A stretch of 64,000 nt of DNA from Squalus acanthias (taxonomy: Eukaryota). Location: positions 1,178,001-1,242,000 of the forward strand of contig JASTWF010000036.1 of NCBI GenBank assembly GCA_030390025.1, read 5' to 3'. The position numbers and the translations under genes were made by a program. Positions within the stretch are counted from its first letter, which is position 1; the number at the start of each line of letters is the position of its first letter. A model generated the notes under the pieces. It had not been told where the DNA came from. It ran no database searches and saw nothing but the letters and a program-made list of their open reading frames with translations. Below are positions 1-11,962 of this stretch, one piece after another.

Positions 1-495
1 GGCAGTACTGAGGGAGCGCCGCACTGTCGGAGGGGCAGTACTGAGGGAGAGCTGCACTGTCGGAGGGGCGGTACTGAGGGAGCACCGCACTGTCGGAGGG
101 GCAGTACTGAGGGAGCGCCGCACTGTCGGAGGGGCAGTACTGAGGGAGTGCCGCACTGTCGGAGGTGCCGTCTTTCGGACGAGACATTAAACCGAGGCCA
201 CATCTGTTCTCTCAGGTGGACATAAAAGATCCCATGGCACTATTTTGAAGAAGAGTTAGGGGAGTTCTACCCGGTGTCCTGGCCAATATTTATCCCTCAA
301 CCAACATAACAAAAACAGATGATCTGGTCATTATCACATTGCTGTTTGTGGGAGCTTGCTGTGCGCAAATTGGCTGCCGCGTTTCCCACATTACAACAGT
401 GACTACACTTCAAAAATACTTCATTGGCTGTAAAGCGCTTTGAGATGTCTGGTGGGCGTGAAAGGCGCTATAGAAATGCAAGTCTTTCTTTCTTT
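1..495 (+). mobile_element. Deu-domain tRNA-derived SINE (SacSINE1-like) with internal tandem expansion; 5' part lies outside the window
   Basis: Deu-like core (gagacattaaaccgagg...aaagatcccatggcactatttt...ggtgtcctggccaa) and L2-like tail (tgtaaagcgcttt...aaaggcgctatagaaatgcaagtctttc); many further copies in the window. Confidence 0.85.
3..167 (+). repeat. 33-bp minisatellite (cagtactgagggagcgccgcactgtcggagggg) x5, derived from the SINE body
   Basis: Units start at 3, 36, 69, 102, 135; the unit is single-copy in other SINE copies (e.g. near 7795). Confidence 0.95.
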
Positions 496-1427
496 GGAAT
501 CATTTGTATTGCAGCGGGAGAGGACGGGATAAGAGAAGTAAGTTTGTGATGACTGGTGTTCTGTACCGTGCAGCTGTTATTCTGATGCTGCCAAATCGAA
601 TTAAACGTGCCATTTCCTGTTGCTTGCCGCTCAGTGATCTGGAGGTGGACTGGCCAATTATTTTCCCCATCCCTCTTTTGCTCTCTTTCCCGTCCCTCCC
701 ATTCCATTTATTCTCTTCCTTATCTCTCCAAATTGGCTGCTTGCTTCATGGCTGCTGCCATCTGGTACCAGGGAGCCGGAATATCTGTTCAGACTTGATT
801 GTGAAGCTTCAGCCGTTAGCATATCTGTGCTGTGGGTCGGGTAATAGAATGAACAGCCAATGCGTTGCTCTGTACGTGACCCTATGCAACAACAACAAAA
901 AAACTCCCGTCGACTATGATGTGTAAGAAAAGTGTAGTTTCCGATTGCTGTAAGTGTTTTTTTGACATATGAGGAGGACGACTCATTAATAGAACGATTC
1001 AGTCACTGGGAACCAAAACAATGGCTCTCAATGGGAAACGGTTTTGCTTTTCACTTCTCTGCACTTTAATCTTCACTTGCCAGTTGTTCATTTGAGTCAA
1101 ATTGACTATATTCCAAATTTCCAATTACATTTTCAATTAAAAGCTCTACATGCACTGTAGCGATTTTTTTTCATACACGCGAAAAACTAATATTTTCCAG
1201 GCAGTTAAGCAGGTGATGAGACATTGCCTTTCAAACATGACCTAAGGTCATTATGCATTTATTAGTTCAGTCAATAATTTAAAGAAATAGTGCACAGTAA
1301 AGTGATCCAGAGTACTTGACCTCTTTCTCTGCAATTAGCCTCGCTCTGATTTTTCTTTTTGTTACATATATCTACGGATATAATATAGTTTTTGTTGTGG
1401 GCTAGCTCTCTACAAACAGAAGACATG

Positions 1428-2273
1428 GGGGACGATTTTCTCAGCCCCGAGGAGGCGGGTATGGAGGTGGGACTGCCGGGAAAATGGCAGGATTTGAGGG
1501 CGGGTGGCAAACCCACCCCCAACCCGCCTCCGTGCCATCTTCCCAGGAGGCGGGTAGCCGTCCCGCGCCGGGTCCCGTCTCCTTGGAGGCGGGAAGGGAT
1601 TACAGCCACTTAACTGTCTGTTAACAGGTAGTTAACAGGCAGAAAATAGGATTATCCCCTTTTTGCCCTCACAAGTGCGGGCTTCCCGACGGCCCCAAAA
1701 CACACCAGCTCAGCGAGGCGAGTACTGGGTCTGCGGGGGTCGGGGGGGGTTCAAAAGTGTGGTGTGAAGGTAAGTGATGGGTGCAAGAGTGGAGAGGTGA
1801 GTATCTGAGGTAAGTCCTAAGTGTTTTTAAAAGTGTACTTAACTTTGTTTCTCCCTGCAGGCTTCAGTCGGTTTCTATACGGAGAGTCTCGGACCTCCGT
1901 GCTGCAGATGAGAGATGGCCGTTGAATTCTCCAATGCAACAAACATCTCATTTCTGTAAAAGAAAGAAGGTTGATGAGGTCTTGAATGCAAGACCTCATC
2001 AAACTGCAGAGAATGTCAGTGTTTGACAGCTTCACAGAGCTGTCCAACGATGACAATTCATCTGTCAAAAATTTTTGACAGATGACACGTCATACGTTGA
2101 CGTGCTCTGCCACCGGCTTTCCCTTAATTGGCCGGCTAAACACGCTGGGCGGGCTTAACAAGGTCAATCAAGGGAAAATAGCGTGAGTTGGCCACAACTC
2201 GATGGAGGCGGGACTAAAACCCGACAAGCAGCAATCCCGCCTCCAACCCGCCTCCATTCACAAAATCGCCCCC
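1428..2273. mobile_element. Non-autonomous PIF/Harbinger-like DNA transposon (MITE family A, copy 1)
   Basis: TIRs ggggacgatttt / aaaatcgccccc, 3-bp flanking duplication ATG (1425-1427, 2274-2276); colinear with 26943-27757. Confidence 0.8.
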
Positions 2274-2840
2274 ATGGGTGTGTAAAAATTGACAATGGTG
2301 TACAGATTACAGTCGCATGCAGGAGCTGTCCGCCATTTCTAAAGTAAAAACGCATCCACCATTTTATAGTTGCATGGCTGCCATTTTGTTCAGACACATT
2401 TAACTGTTGGTTCCTCCATCACCAGCACCGCTTGCCTCCCTCATGAACATTAGCACTTCAGATGTAAGTAAAAGCTGACAGTCTCCTTACAGACGGTAAT
2501 GTCTACTTTGTTTGGTTTGTGCACGGCTCTGCTAATTTGGTGAGGTGTTTGCCGATCGTGGCAGAGGAGCTGATGTACAGGACAAACTGTGCTGGGGATA
2601 AAAAATAGTGAATGCTGGAAATCTAAAATACAAACAGGACATGCTAGAAAAGTACAACATCTGAAATAAGGCCGATGAGTTCTTATTGTGTTAGGGCTAT
2701 GGGGTGAGGGCTCAACCAAAGAGCCAGCACAGGCACGATGGGCCGAATGGCTCCTTCTGTGCTGTATCTCACTGGGGCCTACTGAATTTGGCCTTCTGTT
2801 TCTAAATTCACCATCAAATTAGCAGCATGCGGACTTCAGT

Positions 2841-3068
2841 GTCAGCTGTGGCTCAGTGGGTAGCACCCTAGCCTCTGTAGTCCGAAGGTTGTGGGTTCAA
2901 AGTTCCACTCCCGAGACTTGAGCACAAAATCTAGGCTGACACTCCAGTGGAGCGCTGCACTCTTGGAGGTGCTGTCTTTCAGACGAGATGTTAAGCCGCG
3001 GCCCCGTCTGCTCTCTCAGGTAAAAGATCCCATGGCACTCTTTTGAAGAAGAGTAAGGGAGTTATCCA
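2841..3068 (+). mobile_element. SacSINE1-like SINE, 5' half
   Basis: tRNA-like A box (tggctcagtggg) and B box (gggttcaaag), followed by Deu core. Confidence 0.8.
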
Positions 3069-3794
3069 TGGTGGCTTATTCAGCATGAGAGTGCCAATTC
3101 TGCTGAAAGGTCCCACCCAAAATATTAATGCAATTTTCCTCTGTCAGATGCGGGCAGACCATTCTCTCTTTTTATACTTCAAACTGTGTTTGGGGAACTG
3201 GTATTAATTTGTCCAGCATTTCAGATACGCCAGGCAACCATTTGTAAAAGGCATCCAACTGTTACCCAAGCTTGTATAGGATTTGTGCGTGATGACATAT
3301 GTTAATGATATTGATTTAATATGCATATGACACATCTTCAAATATCAGTTTTTATACAGGGTGTACTGCACAAGTGCAGGAATTGATAACAAGGCAAACA
3401 TAAGTTATAATACAAGAGCGTATCCAGTCTATACTTTAAATTCATGATCTTTTTACATGGTTGACAACAGGAAAGTCAGAGCTTGTAATAAATTCAAATT
3501 TCTTATTTATTGAACAGATGTGCTCGAACCATGACGTATATAAATTGTTTGGCAAAAAGCAACTTTTGCTATGCTGTCATCGGAACAGGAGTAGGCCATT
3601 CAGCCCCTTGAGCCTGTACCGTCTTTCAATGAGATCATGGCCGATCTGTCAGTAAGGTACCGGTGGTCGGTTTTGATTCAAGACAGTGAAGTCATTTGAA
3701 AAAATTAGATTTGTGATCTTAAATCTTCAGTAAACTTTATTCACACAAAAAGGGAAACACATGGCAGTATTTGTGGATATCTTTACATTCTTTG

Positions 3795-3915
3795 CAAATT
3801 GGCGACCGCGTTTCCGACAGTGACGACACTTCAACATAGCACTTCACGGGCTGTAAAGTGCTTTGGGATGTTCTGAGGTCGCGAAAAGGCGCGGCATAAA
3901 AGCAAGTTCTTTCTT
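3795..3915 (+). mobile_element. SacSINE1-like SINE 3' tail fragment
   Basis: caaattggc...acagtgacgacacttcaa...gctgtaaagtgctttggga matches the other copies. Confidence 0.7.
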
Positions 3916-4214
3916 TTACTTTGAGAATGATTGAAAACCTCGACCTATCTCCATCCTTCAATCCCTTCCCCAGCCCTTCTTCCATTTCTGACTTTTTCAA
4001 AATCTGTTCTCGGGATGTGGGTGGTGCCGGCAGGGTTGCATTCAGTGCCCGTCCTTGGGCTTGCTGAGAAGGAGGCGGATAGGCTTTCTCCTTGAATTGC
4101 CACTGTCCTTGTGATGCTGCTCCCACAATGCAGTTGCAGGTTGTGTTGTAGAAACATTCCTTCCGATAGCGATTGACTACTTTTGGGTCAATGTAGGCTG
4201 GCATTCATAGCATA

Positions 4215-4515
4215 ATGCGGAGATGCCGGTGTTGGACTGGGGTGGACAAAATTGAGAGGTCGCACAACACCAGGTTATAGTCCAACAGTTTTATTTGAAA
4301 TCACAAGCTTTCGGAGCTATCGATTTGCTCCTTCCTCAGGTGAAGTAAATTAGATACAGATTAGTACACATTCTTTGTTTTCCATCTATATATGCTTTGG
4401 AGATTCTGTATCTAATTTACTTCACCTGAGGAAGGAGCAAATCGATAGCTCCGAAAGCTTGTGATTTCAAATAAAACTGTTGGACTATAACCTGGTGTTG
4501 TGCGACCTCTCAATT
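4215..4515. mobile_element. Fold-back Penelope-like element remnant
   Basis: Perfect 111-bp inverted arms 4250-4360 / 4405-4515, 12-bp TSD attcatagcata (4203-4214, 4513-4524), hammerhead motif then AATAAA; homologous to 32493-32702. Confidence 0.8.
4423..4463 (+). ncRNA. Minimal type I hammerhead ribozyme motif (Penelope-associated)
   Basis: CAC-CTGAGGA-A-GGAGC..GCTCC-GAAAGCTT-GTG: core CUGANGA and GAAA, stem II, stem I CAC/GTG, palindromic AAGCTT in place of stem III; mirror copy on the minus strand at 4302-4342. Confidence 0.75.
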
Positions 4516-5644
4516 CATAGCATACACAGAAGTTTGCAGTCCCTGACCATCTCACCCTCCCTATCTGACTTTCGGAGATTTGGAAGTAACATGGAAGTAG
4601 GAACAAAACAAAAGAAAGTACTCCTCAACGAGACTGATCTGGTGCAGCTCAGTAGGAATTGATAGAAACATAAATCTTCCCCTTCTGTTTGCATGACTTT
4701 TTTAACCTGAGGAACAGCCTTGAAATCAGTTCCTTGAACCATTTCACGATTGGACAGTCTCATTCAAAGTCTGTCCATTGTGACTTGCTCACATGACGGC
4801 ACACATTGCACGATGGCGGTATCAACACATTGAGAACTCACCTCTGGATCCTTCGGCAGACACTGACGTCAAACCGTTTCCCTTTGCAACGCATCGCAGT
4901 GTTAACAGCGTAAGCGAGGTGCCGGCAAACTATCCATTTTTTGTCGCACAATTATGAGAACATTGATTTTTCTTGAACCTATGGTGATATGAGCAGAGGA
5001 GAGTTAGCAACTGATTGCGACACACTGTCTCGGTGATTCAAAGCAATTTGCCAATCTTGATTGTTATCACATCATGTGATGAGGCTGCAGTGGGATAACA
5101 TTATTTTATGTGATGGTTTAAATAACCCGATGTTCGAGAAACAAATCGATTTTAAATGCACAAATGAAGGATATCAGGGCTGGGGAGTAGATTAGGTTTT
5201 CTACTTTTTGCAGTACGTTAGTAATCCCAAGTCAGGCTTAGCATAGGTCGAAGACAAGATAAAGCTTCATTTACCTTAACCCTTGTCCCACAGCACCAGT
5301 CTGACATTTCTATTTCCTGTGGTAACTGTCTTTGTAATCTGTCTGAGCGACACTGACATTTGCGTTGAAGTATGAACAGTTTTGTATTGCGGACTTGTGT
5401 CAACCAAGAACGTGCTTGAAGCGCATTTCGTACAGGATCCTTAGAGCTATCGAAGAGAGGGAAGATCATCAGTTTTGATTGGATTGAAATCCAGGTCCAG
5501 CACCAAAAGCACAGCACTCTGCACCATCCAGTCATCTCTTTACAAATCATTTCTGGTCCTCCAACACTTGTACATGTGACAAATATACAAGCAGTGATAG
5601 TTAGAGATTAGAGCAAGGGGAATTGATATGCCAGTGACTTAAGA

Positions 5645-5790
5645 TATAGAAACATAGAACAATAGGAGCAGGAGTCGGCCATTCGGCCCTTCGAGCCTGC
5701 TCCGCCATTCAATATGATCATGGCTGATCCTCTATCTCAATACCATATTCCCGCTCTCTCCCCATACCCCTTGATGCCTTTTGTGTCTAG
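5645..5790 (-). mobile_element. CR1 LINE 3' tail fragment
   Basis: Reverse complement of the CR1 3' UTR (gggccgaatggccgactcctgctcct) with an ttctatg-type tail. Confidence 0.8.
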
Positions 5791-5892
5791 AGCATATAAT
5801 GCTGAAGTATCAAATAAGTTGTAGGAAAATATCATCCAAGTTCTCTATTTTGTGTACATGCGTGTCAACATCATTTTGTTCCTCTATAAGAC

Positions 5893-6320
5893 TAGGTTGT
5901 TCTCCTTAGAGCAGTGAATATTGAGAGGAGAGTTGACCGAGGTGTTCAAAATCATGAGGGGTCTAGACAGAGTAGCGAGAGAGAAACTGTTCCCATTGGT
6001 GGAAGGGTCGAGAAACCAGAGGACACAGATTTAAGGTGATTGGCAGAAGATCCAAAGGCAACATGAGGGGAAACATTTTTTACGCTGCGAGTGGTTATGA
6101 TCTGGAATGCACTGCCTGAGAGGGTGGTGGAGGCAGACTCAATCGTGGCTTTCAAAAGGGAATTGGATAAGTACCTGAAGGAAAAAAAAATTGCAGGGCT
6201 ACGGGGAAAGGGCGGGGGAGTGGGACTAGCTGAAGTGCTCTTGCAGAGAGCCGGCACGGGCTCGACGGGCCGAATGGCCTCCTTCTGTGCTGTAACTATT
6301 CTATGATTCGATGATTCTAG
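5893..6320 (+). mobile_element. CR1 LINE 3' fragment
   Basis: Encodes WNALPERVVEADSIVAFKRELDKYL; ends gggccgaatggcctccttctgtgctg plus attctatg repeats. Confidence 0.9.
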
Positions 6321-7029
6321 GTGGTGATTTTTGATGGCAATTGCTAGTTTCTAAGGAGTAGCAGCTCGGTCAACTAGCTAGACAAATCCAAAAGAAGGCA
6401 GTCATTGAGATCATGCTGCACCAGGTACTTCCATGAGTATCAGCAGGCTGGAGCATGAGCTAAAGGGGTCAGTAGGGATAATGAAGGGATACCGAAGAAT
6501 ATTCTACAGTCTGACAATAATAGTCAACTGTTCCTTTCTCATGTAGACAAAATCTTGATCTATAAAACCTTTATTTCTTTCAGAAGCACTCTCTCTTGGA
6601 ATGCTTCCAAAATGGATGCCATGAAGGAACTACCTGAATATCTTTTGCATGCAGATTCCCCGTATGTTCTGTAAAAGGGCACTTAAGCTCTTGATATATT
6701 TGAAACCCACAGGAGTGCATAGCTTAGGGGGGATCTGACTCAATGTGGTGTCACACCCAATTATGTGCCCAGCCACAATTTTACTGGTACAGGGCCACAA
6801 CACGAAACTGCTGTTATGAGGATGTGGAAAGATTTTAAGCAGCTGGGACATTGGCCCATGGCTTTAATCCATGAGGTGCTTCTTAAAATGGTACATTTCT
6901 TGACATTACACTTTTCAAAATCCCATTTCACTGCTATAGTCACTGGAGCACCCATCACCTTCCCACCCCTCACATTCCAATTCTCCACCCCCCTCCTACC
7001 CTGATGGGGTACATCTCCATTTGAACACA

Positions 7030-7116
7030 CTGCCCTCGTGCGAGCCTTGTCGGTGAGTATTGGCAGGAAATTTGGCTGTGCAGGTCCTCACCGCCAAGCA
7101 TTATTCTGTCCTCACC
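7030..7116 (-). mobile_element. AmnSINE2-like fragment, adjacent to a hAT MITE insertion
   Basis: Minus strand ggtgaggacag...cctgccaatactcac...aggctc resembles 41160-41590 and 17040-17405. Confidence 0.5.
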
Positions 7117-7434
7117 TCGGGTTGCCAACTCTGGTTGGACGTCTTCCTGGAGGTCTCGTCACATGACCCTCCCGTCTCCAACCACCCCGCCCCCACGCTC
7201 CCGCCATTGGCCGCCCAACATATCCATCGCCGCCTTCTCACAGGCCAATTGGAAAGCGAAGAGATTCTTTGGTCCCCGATTGGACGGTTCTTGACTGTCA
7301 GTCAAAAATTAAGAAAAAAACAATTTCTTTTGACGCCCCTATAATTTTTTCCAGGGTTGCTGCAAGAAGTGCCCAGGAGATTAATCTTCAATTCCTGAAG
7401 ACTCCTGGACAACCCTGGCGGGTTGCCAACCCTA
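7117..7434. mobile_element. hAT (Blackjack-like) MITE
   Basis: Termini t(c)gggttgccaac / gttgccaacccta resemble the TAGGGTTGCCAAC TIR type; imperfect 8-bp TSD tcctcacc / gcatcacc. Confidence 0.7.
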
Positions 7435-7686
7435 GCATCACCTGACAGCCACAATTTTACTGGTGTTGAGGCCTAATGACCATCATAATGACCATTTGGC
7501 CAGCTGGCTTAAATGCAAAGGAGCTTGAAGTGAGTTGCATGGTGCATTTATAACAAACGTCTTGGATCTCCTTGCCCCCTGCAGGTCAGCTGGGGGGAAA
7601 AAATTGGCTTGTTTTGAGCAAGAAGGAGTTAAAGAAATAAATGATGAGCAAGCAGCGATCAAACGCGGTCTGAAGTTGAATTTGAT

Positions 7687-8157
7687 GTCAGCTGTGGTTC
7701 AGTTGGTCGCACTCTCAACCTCTGAGTCAGAAGGTTGTGGGTTCAAGCCCCACTCCAGGGACTTGAGCACAAAAATCGAGGCTGACACTCCAGTGCGGTG
7801 CTGAGGGAGTGCTGCACTGTCGGAGGTGCCGTCTTTCAGATGAGACGTTAAACCGAGGCCCATCTGCCCTCTCAGGTGGAGTAAGAGATCCCATGGCACT
7901 ATTTTGAAAAAGAGCAAGGGGAGTTCTCCCGGTGTCCTGGGGCCACTATTTATCCCTCAACCAACATCACTAAAAACAGATTATCTGGTCATTATCACAT
8001 TGCTGTTTGTGGGACCTTGCTGTGCGCAAATTGGCTGCCGCGTTTCCCACATTACAACAGTGACTCCACTTCAAAAGTACTTCATTGGCTGTAAAGTACT
8101 TTGAGACGTCCGGTGGTCATGAAAGGCGCTATAGAAATGCAAGTCTTTCTTTCTTTC
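7687..8157 (+). mobile_element. Full-length SacSINE1-like DeuSINE
   Basis: tRNA-like head, Deu core, L2-like tail ending in (tctt)n. Confidence 0.9.
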
Positions 8158-8984
8158 TCGATACTGTTCCCTCTTGGAGAAATACATTGTTCGCTTTCTA
8201 GAAGTCCCAATTTTTCAAATCTTTCTTTGAATTTGTATTTGCTCATACCAGGTAGCATCCTAGCGATTGGATTCAGGATGGGAGTCAAAGTAGAGCTCAC
8301 TTCCGTATACCTTTACCAATATCTCATCTATAAAAGGATCTGCTATTTCCTAATGTACGAGCGACATATTGTATTAGATTGTGAATATTGACACTACAAC
8401 TTACAAATTATTTTTAGTGATATTAGTGAGTGAACACTTAACATATTCATATGACGTTCCTCTGTTTAAAATAAACAAGTCACTCTGCATGAAGATAGAG
8501 AATGAAGGAAGACCACAAAAATACATTAAGCTAATATTGCAAATAGCAATTTCGAGACTCATATTCACTATCTGTAACCTCCTACCGCTCACCCCCAGAA
8601 AAGCTTTCTTAGACTGCATTACTATCCACTTTGTGTTAATGTTCGTCCACCTTAGGACATACTGGGTTGGGAAACGAGCGGGAGCTGAAGAATAAAGTGC
8701 AAAGACCTGTTTTTCAGAAGCAATCGCGGCCGTAGTGGGGAGCAGACTATTACATTTGCCTGCTGTGGAACAGCAGTCGCCCACCCTTTCCCGTGCGCTA
8801 CTGAATTTAAGAAGACGTGAAGCGTTGCTGATCATAGGCTTTCGTTGGACAAAAAAAAACCAGCACTGAATTTACTTTTCTAGGCAAGTTATACTCCCTA
8901 TCGAGTCTGGCCGTAATAATGATAGGCAGCTTTGTGTTTAGATTACTCATCGCAAGCATTCATGCTCTTGTGTTTTGGTCAGGT

Positions 8985-9133
8985 CAAAAGCAAATTGGAT
9001 AGATAATTGAAAAGGAAAATAACTTGGAAGGCTATGGGGAAAGAGAGTGGGACTAATTGGAGAGCTCTTTCAAAGAGCCGGCACCTGCACAATGGGCCGA
9101 ATGGCCTCCTCCTGTACTCTGTGATTCTATGTA
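8985..9133 (+). mobile_element. CR1 3' tail fragment
   Basis: gggccgaatggcctcctcctgtactctgtgattctatg. Confidence 0.75.
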
Positions 9134-9334
9134 TGAAATGGTAAAGGTTTGTAGTATCCTGTCCCAAACTCCAGTGTAAAATGCGGTACATTACACTTGC
9201 TCTCCCGATATCCTCCCCTGTTCTAAATGCTGATTAAGACTGGGGATCCCAGTGCAAAAGAGGACTACCATTTAAAAAAATGCATCCTCCATTTCCTTTG
9301 GCCAGGAGTGGAGCAGAAATAGCAAAGTCGATTA

Positions 9335-9800
9335 GACTAATACCTGGAATGGGCGGGTTGTCTTATGAGGAAAGGTTGGACAGGCTAGGCTTGTATCCGC
9401 TGGAGTTTAGAAGAGTAAGAGGTGACTTGATTGAAACATAAGATCCTGAGGGGTCTGGACAGGGTGGATGTGGAGAGGATGTTTCCTCTTGTGGGAGAAT
9501 CTAGAACTAGGGGTCACTGTTTAAAAATAAGGGGTCGCCCATTTAAGACAGAGATGAGGAGAAATTTTTTCTCAGAGGGTCGAGAGTCTTTGGAACTCTC
9601 TTCCTCAGAGGGCGGTGGAAGCAGAGTCTTTGAATATTTTTAAGGCAGAGGTAGATAGATTCTTGATAAGCAAGGGGGTGAAAAGTTATCGGGGGTAGGC
9701 GGGAATGTGGAGTAATCGGATCAACCATGATCTTATTGAATGGTGGAGCAGGCTCGAGGGGCCGAGTGGCCTACTCCTGCTCCTAATTCGTATGTTCGTA
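9335..9800 (+). mobile_element. CR1 LINE 3' fragment
   Basis: Encodes KILRGLDRVDVERMFPLVGESRTRGH; tail ttcgtatgttcgta. Confidence 0.9.
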
Positions 9801-10410
9801 AAGGGACAGCGGATCCCCTTGCAGCGTATCCACTCCTCATCACTGAGGTTGGTTTGATTGTTTTCTTCCGAGAATGACTTCTCAGCATGGATTAGGGTTC
9901 TGGCAGCAGAGGGGAGAGGTTGGGGCGTAAGAGGAGCAATCTTACAAAAAGAGGAACATGCAATCTTGGTGGCTGACGCACAGTGGGCTAAAAAGCTCGT
10001 GCTGGGCTTGAACAGGAACACCAAAGGTTGATAGCCCTAGATTCACCCCGAGTGGCCAGTTAGGGAGGTTGATGGGAGTCTGAATGAGAGGCATGTAGGT
10101 GCTGGTGAGAAACCCAAAGGATAGCTTTGGTTTTTCTGATATTGAGCTGAATTTTGACTCATCCATTCAAAATGCATGGAGATGATCCGTTGTAATTACT
10201 TATCACCTCCTTTTGAAACAGCAAACAAGGCAACATGGTGCAGATTGTATAAAGCCAACACAAGCTGTGAACAGCCAGTGAATTTGAAATCATGCACAAT
10301 TTGCACGAGTGCTCAACTGTACTCGCTCTCCTTTTTAATCCTTCTCATTCTATGCCAGCATCGAGACACAAACCTTCTCCTTTGATAGAAATTAAGGTCT
10401 AGTCTTCGCT

Positions 10411-11962
10411 CCGTGGCTCAGTGGGTAGCACTCTCGCCTCTGAGTCAGAAGGTTGTGGGTTCAAGTCCCACTCCAGAGACTTGAGCACATTAATCAGGGG
10501 GAAAACTCACCACTGGCTGGAGTCATACCTAACACAAAGGAAGATGGTTGTGGTGGTTGGAGGTCAATCATCACAGCCCCAGGACATCGCTGCAGGACTT
10601 CCTCAGGGCAGTGTCCTAGGCCCAACCATCATCAGCTGCTTCATCAATGAACTTCCCTCCAACATAAGGTCAGAAATGGGATGTTCGCTGATGACTGCAC
10701 AGTGTTCGGTTCCATTCGCAACTCCTCAGATAATGAAGCAGTCCATGCCCGCATGCAGCAAGACGTGGACAGCATTCAGGCTTGGGCTGAGAAGTGGCAA
10801 GTAACATTCTTGCCACACAAGTGCCAGGCAATGACTATCTCCAAGAAGTGAGAGTCTAACCACCGCTCCTTGACATTCAATGGCATTACCATCATCGAAT
10901 CCCCCACCATCAACATCCTGGGGGTCACCATTGACCAGAAACTTAACTGGACCAGCCACATAAATACTGTGGCAACAAGAGCAGGTCAGAGGCTGGGTAT
11001 TCTGCAGCGAGTGTCTCACCTCCTGACTCCCCAAAGCCTTTCCACCATCTACAAGGCACAAGTAAGGAGTGTGATGGAATACTCTCCACTTGCCTGGATG
11101 AGTGCAGCTCCAACAACACTCAAGAAGCTTGACACCATCCAGGACAAAGCAGCCCGCTTGATCGGCACCCCATCCACCACCTTAAACATTCACTCCCTCC
11201 ACCACCGGCGTACCATGGCTGCAGTGTGTACCATCTACAAGATGCACTGCAGCAACTCGCCAAGGCTTCTTCGGCAGCACCTCCCAAACCCGCGACCTCT
11301 TCCACCTAGAAGGACAAGGGCAGCAGGCGCATGGGAACACCACCACCTCCAAGTTCCCCTCCAAGTCACACACCATCCTGACTTGGAAGTATATCGCCAA
11401 TCCTTCATCGTCACTGAGTCAAAATCCTGGAACTCCCTCCCTAACAGCACTGTGGGAGTACCTTCACCACACAGACTACAGCGGTTCAAGAAGGCAGCTC
11501 ACCACCACCTTCTCAAGGGGCAATTAGGGATGGGCAATAAATACTGGACTTGCCAGCGACACCCACATCCCAGGAAAGAATTAAAAAAACACTCCAGTGC
11601 AGTGCTGAGGGAGTGCTGCACTGTCGGAGGTGCCGTCTTTCGGATGAGACGTTAAACTGAGGCCCCGTCTGCTCTCTCAGGTGGACGTAAAAGATCCCAT
11701 GGCACTATTTCGAAGAAGTGTAAGGGAGTTATCCCCGGTGACCTGGCCAATATTTATCCCTCAATCAACACCACTAAAACAGATGATCTGGTCATTTATC
11801 ACATTGCTGTTTGTGGGAGCTTGCTGTGTGCAAATTGGCTGCCGCGTTTCCTACATTACAACAGTGACTCCACTTCAAAAAGTATTTAATTGGCTGTAAA
11901 GCGCTTTGAGACGTCCTGAGGTCGTGAAAAGCGCTGTCGAAATGCAAGTCTTTCTTTCTTTT
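10411..11962 (+). mobile_element. SacSINE1-like SINE split by a LINE insertion (head 10411-10488, remainder 11590-11962)
   Basis: Head ends at gacttgagcaca and the SINE resumes at cactccagtgcagtgctgaggg. Confidence 0.85.
10490..11589 (+). pseudogene. 5'-truncated CR1/L2-group LINE reverse transcriptase fragment (family B)
   Basis: PQGSVLGP, FADD, LGVTIDQKLNW, YKAQVRSVMEY, SWNSLP motifs with frameshifts; A-rich tail; near-identical to 37907-38880. Confidence 0.9.

Noticed and set aside
4845..4980. Minus-strand segment with acceptor-like and donor-like ends
   Set aside because: Stop codons in all three frames; no support for a coding exon
7687..7765. tRNA-like A/B boxes (also at 2841, 10411, 31991)
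   Set aside because: They are SINE heads continuing into the Deu core, not stand-alone tRNA genes
8401..8835. 144-aa ORF and similar unique-sequence ORFs (504-926, 5218-5550, 9686-10166, 12157-12462, 40709-41053, 42029-42268)
   Set aside because: No recognisable domain or consistent splice structure; lengths compatible with chance
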